Positions 1-8,853 of a stretch of DNA of 64,000 nucleotides are shown piece by piece. The DNA is from Candidatus Aldehydirespiratoraceae bacterium (GTDB taxonomy: Bacteria > Actinomycetota > Acidimicrobiia > Acidimicrobiales > Aldehydirespiratoraceae): positions 1,613,800 to 1,677,799 of the forward strand of contig CBDFKX010000002.1 in the NCBI GenBank assembly GCA_965249055.1, in the 5' to 3' direction. Below the pieces are notes generated by a model. It worked only from the letters and a program-made list of their open reading frames with translations, was not told where the DNA came from and made no database searches. The first letter of the stretch is position 1; each line of letters starts with the position of its first letter. The position numbers and the translations under genes were made by a program.

Positions 1-2
1 AG

Positions 3-1073
3 AGCATGGTCAGCAATCCGTCGTATCGGTTCGTCATGCGGTGGCTCAACAAACACATGACGCTGCGCGCGGTTGTTGCCCTCCCCGAGCCGCTGTTCAA
101 AACGAGTGGCAAGGGTGGCACACACACCAAGGTCTGCGTGGTTGTTGCCACCAAGAAGGGCGACGGCGCAGCCTCTCAGCAGAACGACGAGAAGCTGTTC
201 CTCTCCGATGTCCGCTGGTGTGGCCACGACTCTCGCGGCAATCCGACCTTCCGGGTCATCGACGGCGAAGAGCGCCTCCTCGACGAGGTTCCCGACATTG
301 CGCCCTTGTACCGCAAGCATGTTGAGGGCTTGGCTTTGAAGCCGCCGACCCGGCTCGCGCACCAGATGCCCCGCGGTGAGATCCGCTCTGACGTCTTTGT
401 CCCCAAGTATTACGACCCGCGACTCAAGAACAGGGCGAAAGAGCTGCGTGAGACTCATGAACTGATCCAGATCAATGAGCTCACGGAATCCGGCCAACTC
501 GAAATCTCCACTGGGGTCGAGCCTGGAAAGATGGCCTACGGCACTGGTCCAATTCCCTTCATCCGAACGTCCGACATCTCCAACTGGGAAATCAAGGCCG
601 ACCCGAAACACTGCGTCAGCGAGACGGTGTATGAGCAGCACAAGAAGAAGTGCGAAGTGCAGCCCGAGGACATCCTGATGGTCCGAGACGGCACCTACCT
701 TGTGGGAACGTCGGCCATGATCACTAAATCCGACGGTCGACTGCTGTTTCAAAGCCACATTCTCAGACTTCGGCTTCATGGCTCGGAGACTCTCGACCCG
801 TATCTGTTCTTCGCCGCCCTCAACTCTGCATTTGTGTCACAACAAATCCGCGCCTATCAGTTCACCCAAGACATCATCGACACCCTCGGCACTCGAATTA
901 AAGAGATCAAGCTAGCGCTTCCGCGCAATCAGCAAGACCGCACCAGGATCTCCGGGCAGATCAAAGAAATCGTCGAGCAAAGGGCCGAGCTCAGGTTGCG
1001 GTCTGCATCCGTTGCCGCCGAATTCGCAGCCGGATACACGGACGACTCCGATCACAGCACGTCCATCCGCTGA
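3..1073 (+). CDS. restriction-modification N6-adenine methyltransferase fused to an HsdS-like target-recognition domain; C-terminal part only, 5' end outside the window
   Basis: The ORF is open to the window edge. Its first residues (LNKHMTLRAVVALPEPLF...THTKVCVVVATKK) look like the end of an HsdM/Eco57I-type MTase domain. They are followed by a type I S-subunit-like TRD pattern (GPIPFIRTSDI, EDILMVRDGTYLVG, ILRLRL, PYLFFAALNS, coiled C-terminus). Confidence 0.65.
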   Translation, partial: SMVSNPSYRFVMRWLNKHMTLRAVVALPEPLFKTSGKGGTHTKVCVVVATKKGDGAASQQNDEKLFLSDVRWCGHDSRGNPTFRVIDGEERLLDEVPDIAPLYRKHVEGLALKPPTRLAHQMPRGEIRSDVFVPKYYDPRLKNRAKELRETHELIQINELTESGQLEISTGVEPGKMAYGTGPIPFIRTSDISNWEIKADPKHCVSETVYEQHKKKCEVQPEDILMVRDGTYLVGTSAMITKSDGRLLFQSHILRLRLHGSETLDPYLFFAALNSAFVSQQIRAYQFTQDIIDTLGTRIKEIKLALPRNQQDRTRISGQIKEIVEQRAELRLRSASVAAEFAAGYTDDSDHSTSIR

Positions 1074-1506
1074 GCGCTGCCGACACAAGGGCCTTGGTGG
1101 CGCGTTCGGCTGGCGCGTTTGTTGTTTCGGCACGTTCTAAGTCGACGGCTGGGCTACACCGCTGAGCCACCGTCGGAGCTAACAAGACATCCACGGCGGG
1201 TTTGCTGTCGGGATCGTTCGGGGCTCGTGGAGCCGCCGTACAGCAGCTACCGCGGTTCGGGCGGGTGCCAGTGGTCTCTGGTCCATAGCGTGACGTTGAG
1301 GTTTTTTCGATGCGGTAGAGGGTGGGCAGGTCGATCCACGTTTCGCCGCGCAGGATGTTGCGGACCGTCTGCCGGGAGATTTTGGCTTTGCGGGCGGTGT
1401 TGGCTTCGCTGCCGCGGGCTTCGACCATGTGGTGGAACTTTTTGGAGATGTTCTGGAGGACGACGGCCTCGGGGGCGACCCCTCCTCGAGGGGGCTGTCT
1501 GGCCAT
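991..1506 (-). CDS. XRE-family helix-turn-helix DNA-binding protein
   Basis: ATG at 1506 lies inside the 991..1737 ORF. The segment LQNISKKFHHMVEARGSEANTARKAKISRQTVRNILRGETWIDLPTLYRIEK fits an HTH_3 pattern. The C-terminal ~100 aa are Pro/Ala/Arg-rich and overlap the convergent MTase 3' end, so the extent is uncertain. Confidence 0.45.
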   Translation of the reverse strand: MARQPPRGGVAPEAVVLQNISKKFHHMVEARGSEANTARKAKISRQTVRNILRGETWIDLPTLYRIEKTSTSRYGPETTGTRPNRGSCCTAAPRAPNDPDSKPAVDVLLAPTVAQRCSPAVDLERAETTNAPAERATKALVSAALSGWTCCDRSRPCIRLRIRRQRMQTAT

Positions 1507-1852
1507 GTGCCTCCGTTGGCGAGGTAGGCTCTTGGGTTGGTTCGCAGGCCTTTGCGGGGAGGCATCGGCAGCGATACTAGCGCCGCGGCTGATGGGCTGT
1601 CTTCGGCGGGGCTGTCTGTCACACCCCTTGCGTAGGTTGTGTCGTACAAGATAGGTGTCGTACGGAACAGGTCTTCGGGGGTGTGGCAAACGAGATGCGT
1701 CGAATGAGCGAGCGATTTCACCGTCGTCCCCAGTCACGGCCGGATTCTTTGCTTCTGGCAGCGAGCATCCAGTTCTCCGTCAATCCCGAACTCTCTGTGC
1801 TGCACTTTTTGAACCAAGCAACAGACACCCGGCTGAGCGTCGGGGAGGAGTC

Positions 1853-2872
1853 ATGCACAGTTCAGGACAGCCAGAGCATCCAGACGGCGGATATCAGCCG
1901 ACGCTGCGGCTGTTTGACCTGCAGAAGCCAGTCGGTGTTCTGGTGTGGGTGCGACTGGTGCAGACCGCATCGGAGTTGGTCATGAGCGGCAGCCTGCAAT
2001 TGGAGCAGTGGCAGCCGGTGGTGTTTGAGGCTGTCAGGGCCCGCTACCAGAACGCACGCACCGCTGAGAAGGTTGCTGCTGAAGCAACCCGGCTGTTCCG
2101 GTTCCTGGCTGCTTGCGGGGCTGAGTGTTGGAGCGACGTGACTTCGGCACTCGTGTTGGAGTGGTGCTGGGCGGCGCGGCGTGACCGCTCGGGGGTTCAT
2201 CGGCGCACCGCTTCAGCGACGGCCCGCAACCGCCAGTGGACAGCCCTCATCGCGTTCCGGGAGGCCGCGGCCTTGGGAGTGCCGATAGACCCCGAGGCGT
2301 TGGCGGGGGAGCGCGTCCCGCGTCCCAAGAAAGCGGAGTCGGCGCGACCGCTCACCGAGGAGGAACTGGCTTTTGCTAGAAGTCACGCCGACCCGGGCCT
2401 TGGGTTGTCGCGGAGGCCGCTGCTGTTGGCGTTGGCGTCTGCGGGGGGCACCGCGTCGGAAATTGCCGCAGTGCGGTGGAGCGACATCAACCTTGACGCG
2501 GAAACGGTTGCTTTCGGCGGGTCGGCGGCGCGGACATGCCCACTGGATGAATGGGGCATCGCCACGGTGCGGCGGTTCGTGCAGAACCGTCCTGTGGAGG
2601 CCGACGAATTGGAGCCCGACGAATTGGTGGCAGTGACCGCTGGCAGCATCCCGGAGCGAGCCGCGCACTCAGTGACTGTGCGTCTTGGGCAGATTCTCCG
2701 AGACGCGGGCATATCGGACCGAGTTGGCGTGACAGCCCGGTCTTTTCGTTTGACCACCGCCCGCAGGATTCTTGACGGCGAGAGCATTGAGACCGCAGCA
2801 CGGTTCCTCGGCGCGGTGTCGCTGGACACCGTCGCCGACGCGCTCGGCCACCACTGGCGCAACGATGGCTAG
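1853..2872 (+). CDS. tyrosine-recombinase (phage-integrase) fold protein, catalytic residues apparently degenerate
   Basis: ATG at 1853 is preceded by GGGGAGGAG. The layout is integrase-like: RPLTEEELAF, LLLALASAGGTASEIAAVRWSDINLD, ARSFRLTTARRIL, FLGAVSLDTVADALGHH. By-eye alignment to the R-K-H-R-H-Y pattern gives T for Arg-I (tGlRxsEl vs AGGTASEI), A for His-III and A for the Tyr nucleophile. Confidence 0.6.
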   Translation: MHSSGQPEHPDGGYQPTLRLFDLQKPVGVLVWVRLVQTASELVMSGSLQLEQWQPVVFEAVRARYQNARTAEKVAAEATRLFRFLAACGAECWSDVTSALVLEWCWAARRDRSGVHRRTASATARNRQWTALIAFREAAALGVPIDPEALAGERVPRPKKAESARPLTEEELAFARSHADPGLGLSRRPLLLALASAGGTASEIAAVRWSDINLDAETVAFGGSAARTCPLDEWGIATVRRFVQNRPVEADELEPDELVAVTAGSIPERAAHSVTVRLGQILRDAGISDRVGVTARSFRLTTARRILDGESIETAARFLGAVSLDTVADALGHHWRNDG

Positions 2873-4595
2873 CAGCACGTCGCGTCGCAGGATTTGGAGG
2901 CCGGGCTGTGAGCCGCTGCCCGCCCGAGAGGTCGCGGCTGTGGTGGGCGACACCAGCGTCGCGCCGCGAGCGGACGGCCCGCAGTCCTTGTCCTTTGCAG
3001 AAAGCACCGGGAGCCGCAGCACTCGCTCAGTCAATGGGGAGGGCTTGGAATGGTCGACTGATGAGATGCTGGTGTTCGCAGTGTCCTTCAAGCCGCTGTG
3101 GGAAGCGGCCGAGTCTGAGGAGCGGCGCATCAACGCCGCGTTCATGCCTTCCGCTGGCCGCAAGCGGCTTCACAGCATCTTTGAAGCGCACCTGTTCGCG
3201 ATTGCAGCCAAGGTCACGGGTGGTTACCGCGCCGCTGATCGAACTCTCAGCAACCCGGAGCTGTGGCAGCGTCTCGCGCGCGCCGTCGAGCGCGCTTATC
3301 CCGATAACCCTGACCGCAGGCTGTCATCGCAGCCGATCAGGCGTCACCACTACAGTTGGCTGCGCAAGCACCATCTCGGCGAAGAGGCCACCGCAGAACT
3401 GGCGGATCGCATGACCCATGCAGCCTTTGAGGCGATAGTCCACATGGGCGGGTTGGACCCCAAAGCCGGTTCGGTGACCCATCTGGACACTACCCAGATG
3501 CTCACCGGCGACGGCACTTGGATACCTGCCCTCTACAAGGCAACAAAACGCAAACGCATTGAAGCCGCCCATGCGGGAAGGCAACTGCGCGGCGACCCTG
3601 ACGCGGTGGCGTATCACGACGAGAACTCTCCGGGCGGGTCGCGAGGGTTCCCGGCCGTGATGGGCTCTTGGCGCAGCCCCCACCGCCAAGAACGGATTGT
3701 GACGTTCGCCGACATCAAGCCCCGCGGCAAAACCGACACCACCGTCTTCACTGACATGACCCTGCAAACCAAAAAGACCCACCCCGACCTCACCAAGGGG
3801 CTGAACGGCATCGCCTATGACATGGCGCTGTCATCACGGGACTGCGACGCGCTCCTTGACGGAGGCATCAACCCCATCTTTAAAGTGTCAAGAACACCCA
3901 CCGGGCACCTGGCCGCGGCGAACCTCGGTGACCACATCTTCCATCTTGCCTCCGGCCCCGGACAGCAGACCTCCATACAGGTCGTCGCCGTTGACGGCCC
4001 GCCCACCATCAAGACAGTGGACTCAGACGGCATCGCATATTTCGTGCCGCTGTCCAGAGTGCGAACCAATGCGCGCAAGCACCCGCGCCGCTGCACCTAC
4101 TACAGCGACTACGCAGTTCCCGATCATCCGCTGGTGCCGCGCCACCTCGTCGGGGCCACCACCCGCATCCGCCACAACAGCACCCGCGAAGAACGCGAAA
4201 TGACACCCCGCCACCAGCGGCGGACCCTCGCCCTGAGAATCGTTTCTGAGGCCGACCCCGACTTCGACTCTCTGTACGGACTGCGCGAGGACTCAGAATC
4301 CAACAACTCGCAATACAAGCAGACACTACATCACGGACGCGCCCGCACCGTAGGAGCTAACAGCCTCCGCCTGGACCTGCTCGCCTACCAGTGCGTAACC
4401 ATCATCACCGCGCTAGTAGCGCCCCACCGCCGCGTCAATTCCAGTTTGAAGGGCTGGTTCGGGGACTCGCCGCCACCGAGGCAACCCCACCGGCTGAGCC
4501 ACATCCCGGCGACTAGAACCCCAACCTCACGCGGACGCTTCACCGCCAAACAGTCCCGAACGCTTCCCCGCGCGCTCATAGACCCTCTGCAATAG
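2865..4595 (+). CDS. 576-aa protein with a DDE-transposase-like Y(2)R(3)E(6)K signature (family not recognised)
   Basis: ATG at 2865 overlaps the upstream stop (ATGGCTAG), implying translational coupling. An exact Y-GL-R-EDS-E-SNNSQY-K motif lies near the C-terminus. Candidate upstream acidic residues are MLTGDGTW and IAYDMALSS. The ORF is long and uninterrupted. Confidence 0.45.
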   Translation: MASSTSRRRIWRPGCEPLPAREVAAVVGDTSVAPRADGPQSLSFAESTGSRSTRSVNGEGLEWSTDEMLVFAVSFKPLWEAAESEERRINAAFMPSAGRKRLHSIFEAHLFAIAAKVTGGYRAADRTLSNPELWQRLARAVERAYPDNPDRRLSSQPIRRHHYSWLRKHHLGEEATAELADRMTHAAFEAIVHMGGLDPKAGSVTHLDTTQMLTGDGTWIPALYKATKRKRIEAAHAGRQLRGDPDAVAYHDENSPGGSRGFPAVMGSWRSPHRQERIVTFADIKPRGKTDTTVFTDMTLQTKKTHPDLTKGLNGIAYDMALSSRDCDALLDGGINPIFKVSRTPTGHLAAANLGDHIFHLASGPGQQTSIQVVAVDGPPTIKTVDSDGIAYFVPLSRVRTNARKHPRRCTYYSDYAVPDHPLVPRHLVGATTRIRHNSTREEREMTPRHQRRTLALRIVSEADPDFDSLYGLREDSESNNSQYKQTLHHGRARTVGANSLRLDLLAYQCVTIITALVAPHRRVNSSLKGWFGDSPPPRQPHRLSHIPATRTPTSRGRFTAKQSRTLPRALIDPLQ

Positions 4596-4688
4596 GCTCA
4601 GAGCGTGAACATCAACCCCAGACCATCCAGAACGAGCATCAATAACTAAAACTCCGCCACATAGTCTTCCAAACCCCGCCCCCGTAGC

Positions 4689-4761
4689 TCAGTGGATAGA
4701 GCGTCGGTTTCCTAAACCGTGCGTCGTAGGTTCGATTCCTGCCGGGGGCGCTCTGTGATGT
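4689..4761 (+). tRNA. tRNA-Arg (anticodon CCT), copy 1
   Basis: A 73-nt cloverleaf was read by hand. The acceptor is GCCCCCG/CGGGGGC, the D arm GCTC-AGTGGATA-GAGC, the anticodon loop TTCCTAA, and the T arm GTAGG-TTCGATT-CCTGC (one G:T pair). No CCA is encoded. Confidence 0.9.
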
Positions 4762-4804
4762 GTCAAGACATGTGCAAGGTGCGAACCTGCGCGGGACGGG
4801 GTTT

Positions 4805-5305
4805 TTAGGGTTGGTGTTGGGGTTGGTAGTCGCGGTTGGGGTTGAGGGTTAGGTGTCGGAGGAGTTCACCGGTTTGGGTTGCGATGACTCTGATGTCGAG
4901 GTCGGCGACTAGCAGGGTTACGGGGGTGTGTTTGTGGGCTCGGCCGATGCCGATGTGGTGGAGTCGGCTGTTGTGGCGGAGTGTGACGGAGCCTGTTTTG
5001 TCGACGCGGTCGTGGCGGACTCTGAAGTGGATGTCGGCACCGTTGTGTTCAGGACCGGTTTTGGGTAGTCGGGTGTAGGCGGCTGCTGGGGTTGAACGTC
5101 CGAGGGATCGGTGGGGGCGGTGGTGGTTGTAGGTGTCGACGAATTCGTTGAGGAGCGCCTGGAGTTCGTTGAGGTTGTTGGCGCAGGGTTGGGCTTTGAG
5201 CCATTTCTTGAGGGTTTGTTGGAAACGTTCGACTTTCCCGCAGGTGGTTGGGTGGTTGGGTGCAGAGTGCTTTTGGGCACCCCGACTGCGGCCGCGCCAG
5301 CCCGC
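4805..5305 (-). pseudogene. IS481-family transposase, C-terminal fragment only
   Basis: Hand translation of the minus strand gives HSAPNHPTTCGKVERFQQTLKKWL...LNEFVDTYNHHRPHRSLGRSTPAAAY...VDKTGSVTLRHNSRLHHIGIGRAH, ending at TAA (4805-4807). An in-frame stop lies just upstream at 5306-5308. There is no N-terminal or catalytic-core part, and the ORF track does not list it because it has no start codon. Confidence 0.8.
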
Positions 5306-5598
5306 TCACCGCGACCTGTTTGCCGCGCCGTGACAGCCGCGAGCAGATGCCTGGGCCAAGTTGCAAACCAGTTACTCGTGACTAGCCGCATCGTCCTCGG
5401 CATAGCGAACGCCTAGCCGCTGTTGTGCCGATCTGCCCGGCAGGGTTGGTCCGTGTCAACAGTCGGCCAATGATGAAGCTAAGTGTCATGTTGCACCATA
5501 CATGAGCCTGCGCAGAGCGCCGCATCACACCAACGAACGGGTAGAAGCGATAGCAGCGGGTCGCCCGATACGAAGATCGCTAAAGCCCCGCCCCCGTT

Positions 5599-5671
5599 GC
5601 CCCCGTAGCTCAGTGGATAGAGCGTCGGTTTCCTAAACCGTGCGTCGCAGGTTCGATTCCTGCCGGGGGCG
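5599..5671 (+). tRNA. tRNA-Arg (anticodon CCT), copy 2
   Basis: Identical to copy 1 except for one base in the T stem (GCAGG/CCTGC, fully paired). The anticodon loop is the same, TTCCTAA. Confidence 0.9.
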
Positions 5672-5734
5672 CTCTTGTGATGTGTCAAGACATAGGAACT
5701 GTTGTGGTTCAGGACATAGGAACCTTGTGAACCT

Positions 5735-7127
5735 GCGCGGGGGACTGTCAGACGCTCCCTTGTCAAGCCGCTAGTGGGTGGGGCTGTTGTCGGGCGGTCT
5801 CGTCGCGCCACATTCGGCGGATGATGCGGTTGGCGAGTTGGTGTTTGTGGGCTCGTCGGGCTTCGCGTCGGGTCTTGCCTTCGGTGGCTTTGCGGGCGAG
5901 GTAGGCGGCGGCGTCGGGCTGGCTGCGCTGCTGGGTGACCGACGCGATGTAGAGCACGCTGTTGATGCGCCGGTTGCCTCTGAAGTCGAGCCGGTGCTTG
6001 ATGGGGTTGCCTGCTCCTTCGCCCGATGACAGCGCCACGGCGCCGGTGCCGCTCCAGCGGGCGAACTTGGATTCGCGGTCGAACCGGCGGGGATCGCCGA
6101 CCTCGCACAGCAGCGTCGCTGCTGCGATCGGCCCGATGCCTGTTTCGTCGCGCAGGGTGGTTCCGTGTTCGTCGAGCAACTCGTCGATGAGGCGTTCGAG
6201 ACGGCGTATCTGGCGACGCGCTGTGCGGTCCTGGTCGATGAACGCCTGGAGCCATTCGAGCCGGTACGCGCCGGCGGGCGTCGTGTCGGTGTCGGTGGCG
6301 ATGCCTTCGAGGCGGCGCAGCCGGCCCTCGATCTTGCCCTTCGAGTTGAGCTGGTCGCGGATCTCAGCAGGGAGTTTCGCGATCTGGTCCCCGACATGGT
6401 GCAACAGCAGTGTGCGGGCCGCGACCAGGGCGCGACGGTGCTCGAGCACTGCTTCGATCTCAGCGACGAGCGGATCGTAGATCTCCAGCGTCTGGGCGGG
6501 CCCCAGCGTCGGCTCGGCCAACAACGCCCGCGCCGAGGCGACTGCGTCGACGGCGTCGGTCTTGTCCAGCCGCCGCGAGCGGCGCTGAGCTGCCGAGCGC
6601 GACGGCGGGACCTCGCGGGCGTCGAAGCCCACTGCGGCCAGCGCGACCGCCACATGCGCTCCCCACTTCGCTGACCCCTCGACGCCGATCTGGCGAACGC
6701 CGTGAGCGTCGAGCAGACCGATCGCGCCGAGGTAGCCGGCTGCTGTGTTGGCGAACGTCTCGTGGGTGATCTCGACGCCGTGGGCGTCGACGATCCCGAC
6801 GGTGAAGGTGCCCTGGTGAGGGTCGATACCCCCGACTGGTGGTGTCATGCTGTGCTCCTGCTGGAAGTGATGCTCCGGTGGGTCCGGGATCGGCAGGGGC
6901 GCTTCGTCACAACCGAGTCGAGACAGTCAGGCTCCCTTCAAGACAGGAGCGCTCCTGCCGGCCCCACACTCGACGCGACAGGTCTGACAACAGGCACAAG
7001 GCCACGAATCTGGTGGAGTCAACGTCGAGCATGGAACCGGACCGTAACCCCCTGGCTGAGGGCCCCGGCAGACCCAACAGTGACACTCGGAAACTTTGTG
7101 TAAGCGGGAGTGATGGTTTTCATTTGA
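5735..7127 (-). mobile_element. IS110-family insertion sequence (ends approximate)
   Basis: The transposase gene is followed upstream by ~280 bp of non-coding leader. The right limit is inferred from where GH4 homology begins (~7128). The left limit is inferred from the end of similarity with the tRNA copy-1 flank (gaacctgcgcggg). No IR or TSD is expected for this family, so the ends are unverified. Confidence 0.5.
5763..6848 (-). CDS. IS110-family (DEDD) transposase/recombinase
   Basis: The 361-aa ORF has an N-terminal GIDPHQGTFTVGIVD...IGVEGS pattern. Its C-terminal part reads GIGPIAAATLLCEVGDPRRFDRESKFARWSGTGAVALSSGE...HRLDFRGNRRINSVLY, typical of Transposase_20/IS110. Confidence 0.9.
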   Translation of the reverse strand: MTPPVGGIDPHQGTFTVGIVDAHGVEITHETFANTAAGYLGAIGLLDAHGVRQIGVEGSAKWGAHVAVALAAVGFDAREVPPSRSAAQRRSRRLDKTDAVDAVASARALLAEPTLGPAQTLEIYDPLVAEIEAVLEHRRALVAARTLLLHHVGDQIAKLPAEIRDQLNSKGKIEGRLRRLEGIATDTDTTPAGAYRLEWLQAFIDQDRTARRQIRRLERLIDELLDEHGTTLRDETGIGPIAAATLLCEVGDPRRFDRESKFARWSGTGAVALSSGEGAGNPIKHRLDFRGNRRINSVLYIASVTQQRSQPDAAAYLARKATEGKTRREARRAHKHQLANRIIRRMWRDETARQQPHPLAA

Positions 7128-7560
7128 TTCGGCGCCGAGCAATCGAGGGTGCCGACTACGTCGTCACCATGTTCCAGGTTGGTGGCTACGAGCCCTCCAC
7201 GGTGGTCGACTTTGACATACCGGAGAGATACGGCCTCCAGCAAACAATCGCCGACACCATTGGCGTTGGGGGCATCATGCGAGGTCTTCGGACCGTGCCG
7301 GTTCTCGTCGACGTCTCCAACGAGGTCAGCGAGGTCGCTGGGGACGCAATTCTGCTGAACTATACCAACCCGATGGCCATCAACATGTGGGGGCTGGCCT
7401 AGTTCGGAAGTCATCCCAGGTATGGGTTACGCCACTCGATTCCCCACACCGCAGCAGAGCTCGACCTCGAGCAGATTCAGAGATTGGTGGATGACCTGTT
7501 CAGAGCCCACGGTGACTACATCCCGGCGCCTTGCGCAGCGACAGGATCTAGTTGGAGACC
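7128..7560 (+). pseudogene. glycoside hydrolase family 4 (alpha-glucosidase/galactosidase-like) remnant
   Basis: GADYVVTMFQVGG...IPERYGLQQTIADTIGVGGIMRGLRTVP...LLNYTNPMA is GH4-like. The N-terminus is missing and abuts the IS110. There is an in-frame TAG at 7400-7402, the conserved GLCH reads GLRH, and most of the C-terminal half is deleted. Confidence 0.7.
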
Positions 7561-7744
7561 GGCAATGGCCCCTAGTCTGGCCAGCGGCCGATCGAAATCG
7601 AAAATCTCTTCGTTGTGTCTTGACAACATCGAGCTTTGATCTGTATTTTAGCAATATGAAGGATGCAAAACTGCAAAATAAGGCTTGATCGGAGCATATG
7701 TCCCATAAGAACATGTGACACACAAGCGATATGCCCGGATCTAC

Positions 7745-8850
7745 AGATTTCGGAGGCACGGAAGCGGCTCTGGTCGATCGATGATCCGCACCTCTACGAC
7801 CTTGAGCTGCGGTTGGTCGATGACGACGGGGAGGTCGTTGACTCCGCGGAGTCGTATGCCGGGCTGAGGAGTGTGGGCATTTTCGGGAAAGCAATCAAAA
7901 TCAATAACAAGGTCGTCTTTCAGCGTCTGGTCCTCGATCAGGGTTGGTACCCCGAGAGCGGGATGACAGCACCTTCCGATGAGGACTTCACCCGTGATAT
8001 CGAGTTGAGCAAGGCAGCCGGGTTCAACGGTGCTCGGCTGCACGAGAAGGTGTTCGAGGAACGCTTCCTCTACCACGCCGACCGCCTGGGCTACATCGTC
8101 TGGGGAGAGTTCGGCGACTGGGGTTGCAGCAAGAACGGTGCACTTTCCGTCGAGCACCAGATGACGGGGCCTGAATATATCACGCAGTGGCTCGAATGTC
8201 TCGAGCGCGACTACTCCCACCCCAGCATCATTGGCTGGTGCCCCCTCACCTGGCAGACCCTGACCGACCGAATCACCGCCCTCGATGATGCCACGCACGG
8301 TATGTACTACGCGACAAAGGCGATGGACGGGACGCGGCCGGTTCTCGACGCCTCGGGATATTCGCATCGGGTCCGTGGCGCAGACGTGTACGACAGCCAC
8401 GATTACGAACAAGACCCCGAACAGCTTCGTGAGAACCACGCCGGGCTGACCGACGGGAAGCCATATCTGAACGACGGCCGGCAGTGGGCGGCAGATGACT
8501 TCCTGACCGGTGGATCCCAATGGTCAGTCCCGTTCGCAGGCCAACCATTCTTCGTCAGCGAATTCGGAGGTATCTAGTGGAATCCGGATGCGCGGGATGG
8601 CGATGATTCTTGGGGCTATGGCGAACGTCCGGAGAGCGTTGAAGCCTTCTACGAAAGCTTTGATGGTTTGGTGTCGGTGCTTCTGGACAACGAAAACATG
8701 TTCGGATACTGCTACACGCAGCTCACCGACATCTTCCAAGAGCAGAACGGTATCTACCGTTTCGATCGCTCCGCTAAGTTTGATCTTGAGCGACTGCGGA
8801 AGTCTCAGTCACGAGCCGCAGCGATCGAGATCGCACACGGGGACGCCTAA
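7745..8850 (+). pseudogene. glycoside hydrolase family 2 (beta-galactosidase/glucuronidase-like) remnant
   Basis: LWSIDDPHLYDLELRL...FNGARLHEKV...YIVWGEF...HPSIIGW...VSEFGGI is GH2-like. The N-terminal sugar-binding domain is absent, with an AT-rich junction at 7600-7740. An in-frame TAG at 8575-8577 splits the same reading frame into 7663..8577 and 8668..8850. Confidence 0.75.
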
Positions 8851-8853
8851 GAC

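Noticed and set aside
4689-5671. The two tRNA-Arg copies as attL/attR of an integrated element driven by the neighbouring integrase-like gene
   Set aside because: Both copies are full-length tRNAs, not a tRNA plus a 3' partial repeat. The integrase-like gene lies upstream of copy 1 and not between the copies. The intervening 840 bp contain only an IS481 fragment, and the integrase-like protein appears to lack its nucleophile. The locus is kept as a hot-spot observation instead.
7400-8577. In-frame TAG codons in the GH4 and GH2 genes as programmed readthrough or pyrrolysine recoding
   Set aside because: Both genes also carry large truncations or deletions. No pyl genes or recoding signals are visible, and TAG is used as an ordinary stop elsewhere in the window (for example in guaA and orn). 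Simple nonsense mutations in decaying genes are the more economical explanation.
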